Below are positions 8,813 through 18,244 of a stretch of 64,000 nt of DNA, piece by piece. Source of the DNA: an uncultured Eubacteriales bacterium (GTDB lineage: Bacteria; Bacillota; Clostridia; Christensenellales; CAG-138); NCBI GenBank assembly GCA_902798825.1, contig CADBYI010000003.1, positions 1,993-65,992 on the forward strand, written 5' to 3'. The notes under the pieces are model-generated. The model saw only the letters and a list, made by a program, of their open reading frames with translations. It was not told the origin of the DNA and did no database searches. A program made the position numbers and the translations under genes. Position 1 is the first letter of the stretch. Each line of letters begins with the position of its first letter.

Positions 8813-11506
8813 TTAGGTTACATCTGCCTCCGATTCCGGCTGTATCTCCTGATCAACAGCCGGCTCCTCCTCTGGCGATGTCTCGTCCTCGGGGACAGGC
8901 GTCCCCTCCGGCAGCTCCTCATCCGGCTCCAGCAGCGCTGCCAGCTCGGGGTCCACCGCTTCCACCGTGGGTTCGGGGATCAGGCGCAGCTCCTCCGCCC
9001 GGTTCTCATAGAGCCAGCTGATCACGTCCTCCACCGCCACATGACTGGCACTGCCGGACAGCCCATTGGGGATCATGACCGCCACCACGATCTTCGGGTT
9101 CTCCCGGGGGGTCACCGCCGCGAACCAGCTGGTGTTTTCAATGTCCACGTTGCTGCTGGAGGCGGTCTGCGCCGTACCCGTCTTGCCGATGATCTGACCG
9201 AGGTAGGTGTCGGAGAAGGATTTGGAGAAGACGCTGGACGCGGTACCTCCGTCCTCCGGGGACACCACGCCGGCCATACCGGTGATCAGGGCGTCCCAGT
9301 ATTCCTCCGGTGCGTCCACATGGTTCACAATCACAGGGGCGTGATCCTCATACAGGGTGCCGTCGGGGTAGTAGATGGCGTCCAGCAGGGTGGCCTTGTG
9401 CACATCCCCCCGGGTGACCACCGTGGCCGCATACCGAGCCACCGAGATGGGCGTCAGCAGGGAAACGCCCTGGCCGATGCCGCTCTGGATGGTATAGGTG
9501 GGCTTCCAGCGCAGCTCCTCCAGCCAGGTGGAGATGGTGACGACCCAGTCCGTGTGCAGCAGGCTGATGCCCATTGGGATGTTCAGCTCCTCGTTCATGA
9601 TGCGGCGGATATCCTCGCCGCGGTCCCGCTGCTCCCCATCCTGGAGCTTCAACAGCCGGGTGGCGCACCGGGTCAGCTCCTCGTCGCTGACGTTGCGTCC
9701 CACTTCCTTCACGATCCGCCGGAGCAGGGCGTAGATCTCGTTGTAGATGAGCCGAGGTATGGAGGAGGATTGCTGGGACAGGGTCTTGGTGTTATCATAG
9801 CGGGCCGCCTGGCCGCCCACCTGAACGGAGAGCTCGCCGGGCAGCTCCACCCCGGTGGTGCCCTCCAGTCCCAGCTGGCCGGCCCAATAGGCCAGCTTCT
9901 TGATGCCCACCCGGTCGGCCACGGTGAAGAAGAAATAGTTGCAGCTCACGGCCAGTGCCCGGCTCAACGTCAGATTGGCATGCCGGGAGGGCGTGGTGGT
10001 CCAGCAGGACGGGGCGTTGGCGGTGACCTTGGTGGTGGGGTCGTCCACGAAGTAATAGTAAGGGGACCTGTCGGAGATGGTGGACGTGGTGGTGATGGCC
10101 CCCTCCATAAGGCCCGCAAAGCCCGTGGCCATCTTAAAGACGGAACCGGGGGCTGTGCGAATGGCGATGGCCCGATTCAGCGTTGGCTGGTTCGAATCAT
10201 CCCCGAAGAGCATCTCCAACTCCCGGGAATCCACGCCATCGGTGAACAGATTTGGGTCATATGTGGGATAGGAGGCCATGGCCAGCACCTCCCCTGTCTG
10301 GACGTTCATGACCACGATGGCGCCGGTCTCGGCGGTGGCGATATCGTCCAGGCTGTCCCGGAGCTTGAGATACTTCCGATGGTCCTTGTCCATCCGCTTC
10401 TCCTGCTCCGCCCGGGTGGTCTCAATGTTGTGGACCAACGCCTGCTCTGCCACCTGCTGCAGCTCGATGTCCAGGGTGGTCCGGACTGTGAGCCCGCCCT
10501 GGGGCACGGTTTTCCCCAGCACGTCCACGATGGACCCGGTTTTGGATTTTTCGATGATGGTGGTGCCCTGCCGGGAGATCAGATGGCTGGTCAGGTACGC
10601 CTCACAGCTCTTTTCCAACCCGGCAACGCCGATAAGATCGGAGTAGGAATAGCCCAACTGCAGCAGATTGTTGGTCTCCTCCCCCTCCACGAATGGCGCG
10701 AAGCTATCGAATGTATAGCCCAGGTTGGTCATGTCGGTGGTCACCTGCTTGCTCATATAGCCGATCAGGTGGCAGGCCGTGTCCTTATAGGGATAGATGC
10801 GGCGGCCGGACATCTCCGTCTGGACCCCGATAAGCTCGCTTTGGAGCATATCCAGCTCCGTCACCACGGACAGATTCACGTCGTAAGCGATGACCACGCC
10901 CTCATAGGCGTGCCAGCTGTTGAGGACCGCGTCCTGACGGATGGACATGATCTTTCTTGCCTCGTCATAGGGCATATCATCCGGTATCTGCCAGCTTTCC
11001 CGGAGAATCAGATAGGCCCGCTCCGGGGTGATATCCGGATCGGAGAAGCGGCAGGCATCCACGAAGTTCTTCTTGCGGGAGGCGATGGCCGCCTCGCTGG
11101 TGACGCCGAAATCATAGCGATAGGTGCCGTCATTGTTGAGGCGGATATAGAAATGCTCCTCAATGGTGCCGCCCCCCGCCTCGATGATGCGGATGGCCTC
11201 CATGAGAGAATGAGTATAGCGGGCGGATTCCACGGGACTGGTCTTGTCCGGGTCCCGGTAGAACTTTACATTGTAGGTGGTCTCGTCATAGGCCAGGACG
11301 TTGCCGTACCGGTCAGTGATGGTGCCCCGGGTGCCGGACTGATAGGTGGTGACCACACTGGTGGCCCGGACCGCCGCCTGATAGCTCTCCGTCTCCTCCA
11401 CGGACAGCTTCATCAGGCCCCAGCAAAGATACCCGCCCATGGCAAGCAGCAACAGGGCGATGAGCAGGAGCCTTACGTTCAGTTTCCAGAGGGGTTGCCG
11501 GGTCAT
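8813..11506 (-). CDS. mrdA: Penicillin-binding protein 2 (elongation-specific peptidoglycan D,D-transpeptidase)
   Basis: 897 aa with an N-terminal TM anchor. Motifs SVFK (SxxK), SCN (SxN) and KTGTA (KTG). Directly downstream of mreC-mreD. Acidic Pro/Glu-rich C-terminal tail. Confidence 0.9.
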   Translation of the reverse strand: MTRQPLWKLNVRLLLIALLLLAMGGYLCWGLMKLSVEETESYQAAVRATSVVTTYQSGTRGTITDRYGNVLAYDETTYNVKFYRDPDKTSPVESARYTHSLMEAIRIIEAGGGTIEEHFYIRLNNDGTYRYDFGVTSEAAIASRKKNFVDACRFSDPDITPERAYLILRESWQIPDDMPYDEARKIMSIRQDAVLNSWHAYEGVVIAYDVNLSVVTELDMLQSELIGVQTEMSGRRIYPYKDTACHLIGYMSKQVTTDMTNLGYTFDSFAPFVEGEETNNLLQLGYSYSDLIGVAGLEKSCEAYLTSHLISRQGTTIIEKSKTGSIVDVLGKTVPQGGLTVRTTLDIELQQVAEQALVHNIETTRAEQEKRMDKDHRKYLKLRDSLDDIATAETGAIVVMNVQTGEVLAMASYPTYDPNLFTDGVDSRELEMLFGDDSNQPTLNRAIAIRTAPGSVFKMATGFAGLMEGAITTTSTISDRSPYYYFVDDPTTKVTANAPSCWTTTPSRHANLTLSRALAVSCNYFFFTVADRVGIKKLAYWAGQLGLEGTTGVELPGELSVQVGGQAARYDNTKTLSQQSSSIPRLIYNEIYALLRRIVKEVGRNVSDEELTRCATRLLKLQDGEQRDRGEDIRRIMNEELNIPMGISLLHTDWVVTISTWLEELRWKPTYTIQSGIGQGVSLLTPISVARYAATVVTRGDVHKATLLDAIYYPDGTLYEDHAPVIVNHVDAPEEYWDALITGMAGVVSPEDGGTASSVFSKSFSDTYLGQIIGKTGTAQTASSSNVDIENTSWFAAVTPRENPKIVVAVMIPNGLSGSASHVAVEDVISWLYENRAEELRLIPEPTVEAVDPELAALLEPDEELPEGTPVPEDETSPEEEPAVDQEIQPESEADVT

Positions 11507-12006
11507 GTGGCGTCCACCTGCCGTTTCAACAAGGGTTTAAATATGGTCATATAGAGCAGGGCCCACAGCCCCGTGAGCATGGCCCGAGGAAAGGCACCGT
11601 AAAGGATCATATTCGAGAACGGGAAGCGCATACCGATGATCCAGGCTATGAGCGCCCGAAATACCTCAACAGCCAGGGCCAGCAGGAGACAGTATAGTCC
11701 CAGTATCGGAGGCTTGGTGTCGCTGCTCTTGGGAAGCTTTTCATAGGCCACCGCCGCCAGGAGACACAGGGCCGGGGTGAGGCCGATCATGTTTTCACAG
11801 AGAAGGTCCTCAAACAATCCCCCGAAGGCGCCGATCAGGATGGCCGTTTGGAGGGAGAACACCTGCTCTGCCCCCAGCATCAGCGCCAGCATGACGAAGG
11901 GGACCATGCCAAACAGGTTCCACTTGGGCAACACGGCGGTGTCCAAAAACAGGGCGATCACAAAGGATGAAATCAAAGCGACATACCTTTTCAGCGCCAT
12001 GGTCAT
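11503..12006 (-). CDS. mreD: Rod shape-determining protein MreD
   Basis: 167-aa polytopic membrane protein. It has 4-nt overlaps with both mreC and PBP2, in the canonical mreC-mreD position. Confidence 0.75.
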   Translation of the reverse strand: MTMALKRYVALISSFVIALFLDTAVLPKWNLFGMVPFVMLALMLGAEQVFSLQTAILIGAFGGLFEDLLCENMIGLTPALCLLAAVAYEKLPKSSDTKPPILGLYCLLLALAVEVFRALIAWIIGMRFPFSNMILYGAFPRAMLTGLWALLYMTIFKPLLKRQVDAT

Positions 12007-12833
12007 CCCTCGCTTCCCAGGACGATGAGCACCTCCTCCAGATGCTCAAAATCCACGTCGCTCACCACGCAGGCGTCGTATTCCCCGTTGTCCTCGTCCG
12101 CAAGGAAGATCACCTTGCCCACATAGAGGCCCTTGGGAAAGATACCGCCGAGGCCTGAGGTGACGATGGTGTCCCCCACCTGCAAATCAGCGTCCTTGGG
12201 GAGATAGTAGAGCTTGAGCCCCACCATCTGGCCATTCTCCAGGATCAGGCCGCCCAACATGCCCTCGTCCCGGGTCCGTTCCACCATGACGGAGATGCGC
12301 ATATCCTCGTTGAGCATGGTGCGGATCTTCGAATAGGTGGCCCCCACCTCGATGACCCGGCCCACGATGCCCTGGGCGTTGACCGCCGCCATCTGCTCCG
12401 TGATGCCGCTGCGGGACCCGCCCCGGACGGTGATGGTGTCCACATAGGGATTCATGTTCCGAGCGGAGATTGGCGCGGTCATGAAATAGAAATTGCTGTT
12501 GGCGGAGACATAGTCCAGGAGTTCCGACAGCCTGGCGTTCTCCTGCTCCATGGCTTCATAAAGGATCATGCGCCGTTCATAGGCCGAGACAAGATCGGTA
12601 AGGCGCTTGTTTTCTTGTTGGATGCTGCTGGGAAAGAAAACACGGGTGAAGAAGTCCGTGACACGGTCCGTCATGTGGCTGACCGCCTCCTGAACGGGCA
12701 GCACGGCGCCGGAGAACAGGTCCTCCCCCCGTAAGGCGGTCCGCCGGCCCACCGTCAGCGCCGCCAGCACCAGAAAAAGGGCTGCCGTCAGCAAGGCAAT
12801 GAGTACGGGTCGATTTCTCCACAGTTTCTTCAC
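12003..12833 (-). CDS. mreC: Rod shape-determining protein MreC
   Basis: 276 aa with GTG start and GGAG SD. N-terminal TM, a coiled-coil region and SGLGGIFPKGLYVGKV, which is typical of MreC. Confidence 0.9.
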   Translation of the reverse strand: MKKLWRNRPVLIALLTAALFLVLAALTVGRRTALRGEDLFSGAVLPVQEAVSHMTDRVTDFFTRVFFPSSIQQENKRLTDLVSAYERRMILYEAMEQENARLSELLDYVSANSNFYFMTAPISARNMNPYVDTITVRGGSRSGITEQMAAVNAQGIVGRVIEVGATYSKIRTMLNEDMRISVMVERTRDEGMLGGLILENGQMVGLKLYYLPKDADLQVGDTIVTSGLGGIFPKGLYVGKVIFLADEDNGEYDACVVSDVDFEHLEEVLIVLGSEG

Positions 12834-12920
12834 AAAAACGCTCCGGTGTCTAAAATACTACAAATACAGTTTACAACTGTGACAAAGGGCAATCAACCGC
12901 ACAGACGTGAACATTGCGTT

Positions 12921-12948
12921 AAAAAAGCCTGCTCCCAGGGAAGCAGGC
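12921..12948 (-). terminator. Intrinsic terminator after the MraY-like gene
   Basis: Minus strand reads GCCTGCT-TCCCTGGG-AGCAGGC followed by TTTTTT. Confidence 0.7.
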
Positions 12949-12966
12949 GAAATGAAGATGATACAA

Positions 12967-13920
12967 TCAGTGATACATGGCCATGACCAACAGACCCACA
13001 AGAGCGCACAGAAACTGGACGATGGCGAACCGGAACACGGTCTGTGTGTCGGACCAGTGGCGCTTTTTCCTGGCCTCGTCGTGAAGGGGCGTCAGCAGCC
13101 ACATCATGAAGGTCTTGCTCTTGAAGGTGCGCATGACGGCCAGCTTGAAAAGGCCCAGTCCCCCGTCCAGCAGAATGACGATGGCAAAGGGCAGGCACAG
13201 AAGGAAATTCCCTGTCTGGAGGACCAGGATGCCCATAAACAGGCCGATGGCCCGGCTGCCGGCATCGCCCATCATGACGAGGCTGGGCGAGGCGTTGAAC
13301 AGCAGATACGCCAGAACGCAGCCGATGAGCACCAGGGCGCAGAGGGCGTAGTCCGGAAGGTCCCGGAAGGCATAGAGGGCGTAGCCCAGGGCCCCCAGGG
13401 AGATGACGGACAGGGTGCCGAAGTGGCCGTCCACCCCGTCGGCGCAGTTACAGCAGTTGATGAAGGCCCACAGAAGGAACAGCCCAATGGGGGCGAACAG
13501 CCACCAGGGCAAATCCACCTGCCAGCCAAAGAGAGCAAAACTGTAGCTGTCGTGGGTATTCATGAAGGTGATCAGCGCCAGCACACAGATGGCCAGATCC
13601 AGCAAGCCCTTCTTGAGCTCATTCCAAGGCAAATCCGCCCGATCGTCCAGATACCCCGTCAGCATGGCGGCCAACGTCAAAAACAGATATGCGCACCGCT
13701 CCAGGGAAAAGGGCGTCACCAGCAGGGTCACCGCCGCGAACACGGGAATGAAGATCACGCCGCTCCCCCGGGCCTTGCCCTTGCTGATCTGGCCGTTCAC
13801 CGCATAGGCCCGGCCATGATCCTGGGGCAGCTTGTCCCTGCATAGCGCGATCAGCGCCGCGCTCAAGCCGAACCCGAGCAGAAGGCCCAGCAGGGCGGAC
13901 AGAGGCGAAAGAGCAAGCAT
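12967..13920 (-). CDS. MraY/WecA-family (GT4) polyprenyl-phosphate sugar-phosphate transferase, MraY-like paralog
   Basis: 317 aa, about 10 TM segments. Motifs YLDDRAD, NCADGVDGH, GDAGSRAIG and PLHDEARKKRHWSDTQTVFRFAI align with MraY landmarks, but the gene is outside a dcw cluster. Confidence 0.75.
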   Translation of the reverse strand: MLALSPLSALLGLLLGFGLSAALIALCRDKLPQDHGRAYAVNGQISKGKARGSGVIFIPVFAAVTLLVTPFSLERCAYLFLTLAAMLTGYLDDRADLPWNELKKGLLDLAICVLALITFMNTHDSYSFALFGWQVDLPWWLFAPIGLFLLWAFINCCNCADGVDGHFGTLSVISLGALGYALYAFRDLPDYALCALVLIGCVLAYLLFNASPSLVMMGDAGSRAIGLFMGILVLQTGNFLLCLPFAIVILLDGGLGLFKLAVMRTFKSKTFMMWLLTPLHDEARKKRHWSDTQTVFRFAIVQFLCALVGLLVMAMYH

Positions 13921-13934
13921 ATGGTTCCTCCCGC

Positions 13935-16298
13935 TTAAAAGATCTTCAGGGTATACTGATGGGGGAAGGGCTTGAGGTCCCAGATATCCCGGGCGTAGTC
14001 CAGCACCGTGCGATCCGAGGAGAAATACCCGGCGCTGGCGGTGTTCATCAGGGCCTTGCGACCGAAGGTCAGGGGGTCCTGGGTGTCGTAGATGGCGTCC
14101 AGCTTCCGATCGATATAGGGAAGCAGCTCGTAGAGGACGAAATAGTAGTCCGGCCGCTGCCAGCTGTTGCCGTTCACCAGGGAGTTATACAGGCCCTGGA
14201 ACACGCCGGTGCCGCCGTCCTGGAAGGTGCCGTTGACCAGGGTGTCCACCACCCGCTTCACCCGCGGCTCATGCTCATAGATGGCCTTGGGATCGTAGTG
14301 GGGCCGCAGCTCGTTGAGGGTGTCCACCCGGGCGCCGAAGAGGTAGTTGTTCTCCTCCCCCGCCGCGTCCAGGATCTCAATGTTGGCGCCGTCGTAGGTG
14401 CACAGGCTCACCGCGCCGTTCAGCATCAGCTTCATGTTCCCGGTGCCGGAAGCTTCGGTACCCGCCGGGGAAATCTGCTCGGAGATATCCGCCGCGGGGA
14501 TGATGTGCTCCGCATAGGAGCAGTTGTAGTTCTGGACGAAGACCACCCGCATCCTGTCGTTGACGGACTCGTCGTTGTTGATGAGCTTGGCGATCTCGTT
14601 GATAAACTTGATGACCGTCTTGGCGATGATGTAGCCGGGGGCCGCCTTGGCGCCGAACAGGAAGGCCGTGGGCGGGAAGTCCTTGATGCGGCCGTCCTTG
14701 ATGCCAAAATAGATGTCCAGGATGGCGAAGGCATTCATCAGCTGCCGCTTATATTCGTGCATCCGCTTGATCTGCACGTCGAAGACGAAGTTGTCCGGCA
14801 GGCGGACCCCCTCCCGGGCGTAGACGTAATCGGACAGGGCGCGCTTGCTCTGCCGCTTGACCTCGATGAACTCCCGAATATCCGTGGAGGTCATGTGCTC
14901 CTTCAGCTTCTCCAGCTCGGAGAGGTCCAGCAGCCAGCCGTCGCCGATGCGCTTGGTGATATAGGCGGCCAGCGCCGGGTTGCACAGGCCCAGCCAGCGG
15001 CGCTGGGTGATGCCGTTGGTCTTGTTCTGGAAGCGCTCGGGGTAAAGCTCGTACCAGTTCTTCAAAACGTCGTTCTTCAGTATCTCGGTATGGATCTTGG
15101 CCACGCCGTTCACCGCATGGCTCACATACACGGCCAGATTCGCCATGTGGATCCGGTTGCCCTGAATGATGGCGTAGGAGGAGCAGTCCATGCCCCTGCT
15201 CATAAGCTCGCCGCACAGCTTGGCGTTGATGCGGTAGATGATGTCGAAAATCTCGGGGAGCAGCTCCTTGAACAGGTCCGCATCCCACTTCTCCAGAGCC
15301 TCCTGCATGACCGTGTGGTTGGTATAGCCGAAGGTCCGCTGGGCGATATCGAAGGCTTTTTCAAAATCGATGCCCTCCTCCATCAACAACCGGATCAGTT
15401 CCGGGATACTGACGGTGGGATGGGTGTCGTTGAGCTGGATGGCGTTGTGGTCGGCGAACTGCTCCATGGGCAGGTTCTCCCGCTTGAAGCGGAGCATCAG
15501 ATCCTGCAACGACGCGGAGGAAAGGAAATACTGCTGCTTCAGCCGCAGTTTCTTGCCGGCGCGGGTGGTGTCGTTGGGGTACAGGACCCGGGTGATGTCC
15601 TCCACCGCGTTCTTCTCCTTCACGGCCTCGGCATACTCCTGCTCGTTGAACATCTGGAAGTCGAAGTCCTCCACGGCCTCGCTCTGCCAGAGGCGCAGCG
15701 TGCCGATGTTGTCCGTGTGATAGCCGATGATGGGCATATCGTAGGGCACGGCGCGAACGGTCTGATCGGCGAACTTCACCAAGACCTCGTGGGTGGACCG
15801 GCGACGGCTCCAGGGGTCCCCAAACCGCTGCCAGTCGTCGGCGGCCTCATGCTGATAGCCGTCCTGCCAGCTCTGCTTGAACAGACCGTATTTATAACGG
15901 ATGCCGTAGCCGTCCAGGGGCAGATCGTGGGTGGCAGCGGAGTCCAGGAAGCAGGCTGCCAGGCGTCCGAGACCGCCGTTGCCCAAGGCGCAATCCTCGA
16001 TCTCTTCGAACATATTGATATCCAGCCCGTGTTCAGTGAAAGCCGCCTTCACCTCGTCCAGAATGTCCAGATTATAGAGATTGTTATAGACCATACGGCC
16101 TGTGAGATACTCTGCGGAAAAATAATATGCGCCCCGGCTGCGTTCATGGCGGTGACGGCTCTCATACCAGGTGTCGGCGATGCCGTCCATGACCAGCTTG
16201 CTCAGGGCGTCGTGAATCTGATAAACAGTGGCCTCGTTGGGCGCCACCTGATGGTCCTGCTTCAGTCGCTGTTCGATCTTCTCAAAAATAGTGCTCAT
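13935..16298 (-). CDS. glgP: Glycogen/alpha-glucan phosphorylase (GT35)
   Basis: EASGTGNMKLMLNGA PLP-lysine motif and full-length similarity to GlgP. ATG at 16298 is preferred over TTG at 16325. Confidence 0.93.
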   Translation of the reverse strand: MSTIFEKIEQRLKQDHQVAPNEATVYQIHDALSKLVMDGIADTWYESRHRHERSRGAYYFSAEYLTGRMVYNNLYNLDILDEVKAAFTEHGLDINMFEEIEDCALGNGGLGRLAACFLDSAATHDLPLDGYGIRYKYGLFKQSWQDGYQHEAADDWQRFGDPWSRRRSTHEVLVKFADQTVRAVPYDMPIIGYHTDNIGTLRLWQSEAVEDFDFQMFNEQEYAEAVKEKNAVEDITRVLYPNDTTRAGKKLRLKQQYFLSSASLQDLMLRFKRENLPMEQFADHNAIQLNDTHPTVSIPELIRLLMEEGIDFEKAFDIAQRTFGYTNHTVMQEALEKWDADLFKELLPEIFDIIYRINAKLCGELMSRGMDCSSYAIIQGNRIHMANLAVYVSHAVNGVAKIHTEILKNDVLKNWYELYPERFQNKTNGITQRRWLGLCNPALAAYITKRIGDGWLLDLSELEKLKEHMTSTDIREFIEVKRQSKRALSDYVYAREGVRLPDNFVFDVQIKRMHEYKRQLMNAFAILDIYFGIKDGRIKDFPPTAFLFGAKAAPGYIIAKTVIKFINEIAKLINNDESVNDRMRVVFVQNYNCSYAEHIIPAADISEQISPAGTEASGTGNMKLMLNGAVSLCTYDGANIEILDAAGEENNYLFGARVDTLNELRPHYDPKAIYEHEPRVKRVVDTLVNGTFQDGGTGVFQGLYNSLVNGNSWQRPDYYFVLYELLPYIDRKLDAIYDTQDPLTFGRKALMNTASAGYFSSDRTVLDYARDIWDLKPFPHQYTLKIF

Positions 16299-16342
16299 GT
16301 ATGCCCTTTCTTCATGGGTGTACAAATACCCAATATGGGCGG

Positions 16343-16371
16343 ATTATACCACACACAGCCTGTCAATGCAA
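16343..16371 (-). promoter_or_regulatory. Promoter candidate for glgP
   Basis: Minus strand reads TTGCAT, 17-nt spacer, TGgTATAAT. Confidence 0.5.
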
Positions 16372-16426
16372 GAGGAAAGTCCAGCCATTGCGTCATGTTT
16401 AGAGAAAAGCCGGTTCCCCTGGCCCA

Positions 16427-17215
16427 TCATTTCCTAAATTGCTTTTCCAGCAGGGCCACTCCCCCATACATGAGGGCCGCCAGCAAGCACAGGATGACCA
16501 CCGAAGCCATGACCAGATCCAGCTTGAACACCTGGCCCCCGTAGACGATGAGATAGCCGAGGCCGGACTTGCTCACCAGGTATTCCCCCACGATGACACC
16601 CACCCAGCTCATGCCCACGGATATCTTCAGCGCCGACATCATATGGGGTATCCCCGCAGGCAGGACCACCTTCATAAACGTCTGGCCCTTGCTGGCGCCC
16701 AGGGTGCGCATCAAAAACTGCTTCTCCCGGGCGGCCGCGGTGAAGCCGGAGAGGACCGTCACCGTGGTCACCACCAGGGAGACGAGGACGGCCATGACGA
16801 TGATGGAGCCCATGCCCGCCCCGATCCACACGATGAGCACCGGTCCCAGGGCGATCTTGGGCAGGGCGTTGAGCACCACCAGATAGGGGTCCATAACCTC
16901 GTTGGCAAAGGGCAGCCACCAGAGGATCACCGCGAGGATAATCCCCAGCGCCGTGCCCAGCAAAAAGCCCATGACCGTTTCGTACAGCGTCACGCTCACA
17001 TGGGTGAGCAGGCTCCCCTCTCCCCACAGCCGGCCAATGGCGGCCAGGACCCGACTGGGACAGGAGAGGATGAATACGTCGAACCAGCCGAGCCGCGCCC
17101 CCAGCTCCCACAGGCCCAAAAACAGGAAAAGAACCAGCGCCTGCACCAGGCGCACCGCCCGATCATGGCGACGGATGGCCTTCAGGTAGGCCAGATGCTC
17201 CTTGGAATAGCTCAT
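16427..17215 (-). CDS. ABC transporter permease (NitT/TauT family, SsuC/TauC-like)
   Basis: 262 aa, 6 TM, binding-protein-dependent transport fold. 4-nt overlap with the upstream ATPase gene. Confidence 0.85.
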   Translation of the reverse strand: MSYSKEHLAYLKAIRRHDRAVRLVQALVLFLFLGLWELGARLGWFDVFILSCPSRVLAAIGRLWGEGSLLTHVSVTLYETVMGFLLGTALGIILAVILWWLPFANEVMDPYLVVLNALPKIALGPVLIVWIGAGMGSIIVMAVLVSLVVTTVTVLSGFTAAAREKQFLMRTLGASKGQTFMKVVLPAGIPHMMSALKISVGMSWVGVIVGEYLVSKSGLGYLIVYGGQVFKLDLVMASVVILCLLAALMYGGVALLEKQFRK

Positions 17216-17958
17216 TGCTTCAACTCCTTCCAGATGGCGGCGAAGTGCTCCTGAAACGTCGGCGTCTCCCGACGGGCAAGAGGCGTCATATCCCGGGGAT
17301 ACGCCAGCACGATCTCCCGTTTCAGTGTGGCGGGCCGGTCCGAGAACACCAGCACCCGATCCGCCATGGACACGGCTTCGCCGATGTCGTGGGTCACCAG
17401 CAGGGCGGTCTTTCCCTCCGCCTTGATGATGGAAAAGACCTCGTCGGCCAGGGTGAGCCGGGTCTGGTAGTCGAGGGCTGAAAATGGTTCATCCAGGAGC
17501 AGCAGCTCCGGTTCCAGGGCCAGGGTGCGGATCAGGGCAGCCTTCTGCCGCATACCCCCAGATAGCTGGCTGGGATGGTGAGAGAGAAAGTCCCCCAGGC
17601 CGTACTTTTTCAGCAGGGCCAGGGTCTTCGCTTTGGTTTTCTCGTTCAGCTTATGCTGAACCTCCAAGCCCAGGATCGCGTTCTTCTCCAGCGTCCGCCA
17701 CTCCAACAGGTTATCTCGCTGGAGCATATACCCCATGGGACAGGGGCCCTGGGGGAAGACAACTTGCCCGGACGAGGGCCGGTTCAGGCCCATGATCAGC
17801 GACAGCATGGTGGTCTTGCCGCAGCCCGAAGGGCCCACCACCGCCACGAACTCTCCCTTTCTTACCGAAAAGCTTAGATCCCTCAGGGCTTCCGTCTCCC
17901 CCTGAGGGGTGTGATAGTATAAGGTCACGTGTTCCAACCGTAACAAGGCTCCATCCAT
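17212..17958 (-). CDS. ABC transporter ATP-binding protein (NitT/TauT family)
   Basis: Walker A GPSGCGKTT, signature LSGGMRQK, Walker B LLLLDEP. ATG at 17958 has an AGGAGG SD. The ORF extends to a TTG at 17976. Confidence 0.9.
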   Translation of the reverse strand: MDGALLRLEHVTLYYHTPQGETEALRDLSFSVRKGEFVAVVGPSGCGKTTMLSLIMGLNRPSSGQVVFPQGPCPMGYMLQRDNLLEWRTLEKNAILGLEVQHKLNEKTKAKTLALLKKYGLGDFLSHHPSQLSGGMRQKAALIRTLALEPELLLLDEPFSALDYQTRLTLADEVFSIIKAEGKTALLVTHDIGEAVSMADRVLVFSDRPATLKREIVLAYPRDMTPLARRETPTFQEHFAAIWKELKQ

Positions 17959-18066
17959 AGGCAGCCTCCTTTGCAAATATACAGATACACTATCCTATGC
18001 CCGGTGATAGAAATCGGGAACCTTTCGTCCCAAAGCCGCGTATCCTATACTATGGGGGTGCTTCCT

Positions 18067-18240
18067 ATGAAAAGAGCCAAATGTTCGCTGGGCTGTGTCA
18101 ACTGGCGCAACGTGATCCTTTATCTTCTTTTGTCTGTGTTGGCGGTGATCCTTCTGTGCCTGCTGCCCCGCTGGGTGCTGTGTTTCCTGGTGGTGGCCCT
18201 GGCCTGCGGGTGCGGGGCGCTGCTGGTGATGAAGCGATAA
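18067..18240 (+). CDS. Small hypothetical membrane protein (57 aa)
   Basis: ATG preceded by GGGGTG. Sequence MKRAKCSLGCVNWRNVILYLLLSVLAVILLCLL... has two hydrophobic helices. No homology recognised. Confidence 0.3.
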   Translation: MKRAKCSLGCVNWRNVILYLLLSVLAVILLCLLPRWVLCFLVVALACGCGALLVMKR

Positions 18241-18244
18241 AAAG

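Noticed and set aside
8771-11554. Very long ORFs antisense to real genes. Examples are 8771..11554 opposite PBP2, 13959..16544 opposite glgP, 20934..24518 opposite PFOR, 25459..27243 opposite ispH-rpsA, 37097..39250 opposite groEL, 40516..42441, 55322..56875 and 59153..60565.
   Set aside because: They mirror well-supported genes on the other strand. Their translations are Gly/Ala/Arg/His/Val-rich with no recognisable motifs, and they lack SD sequences. They are the usual stop-codon-poor antisense frames of GC-rich DNA.
17977-18066. A possible riboswitch (preQ1-like AGGTTC segment) in the leader of the NitT/TauT ABC operon.
   Set aside because: Only a hexamer resemblance. The rest of the preQ1-I consensus (the pairing partner and the A-rich tail) is absent.
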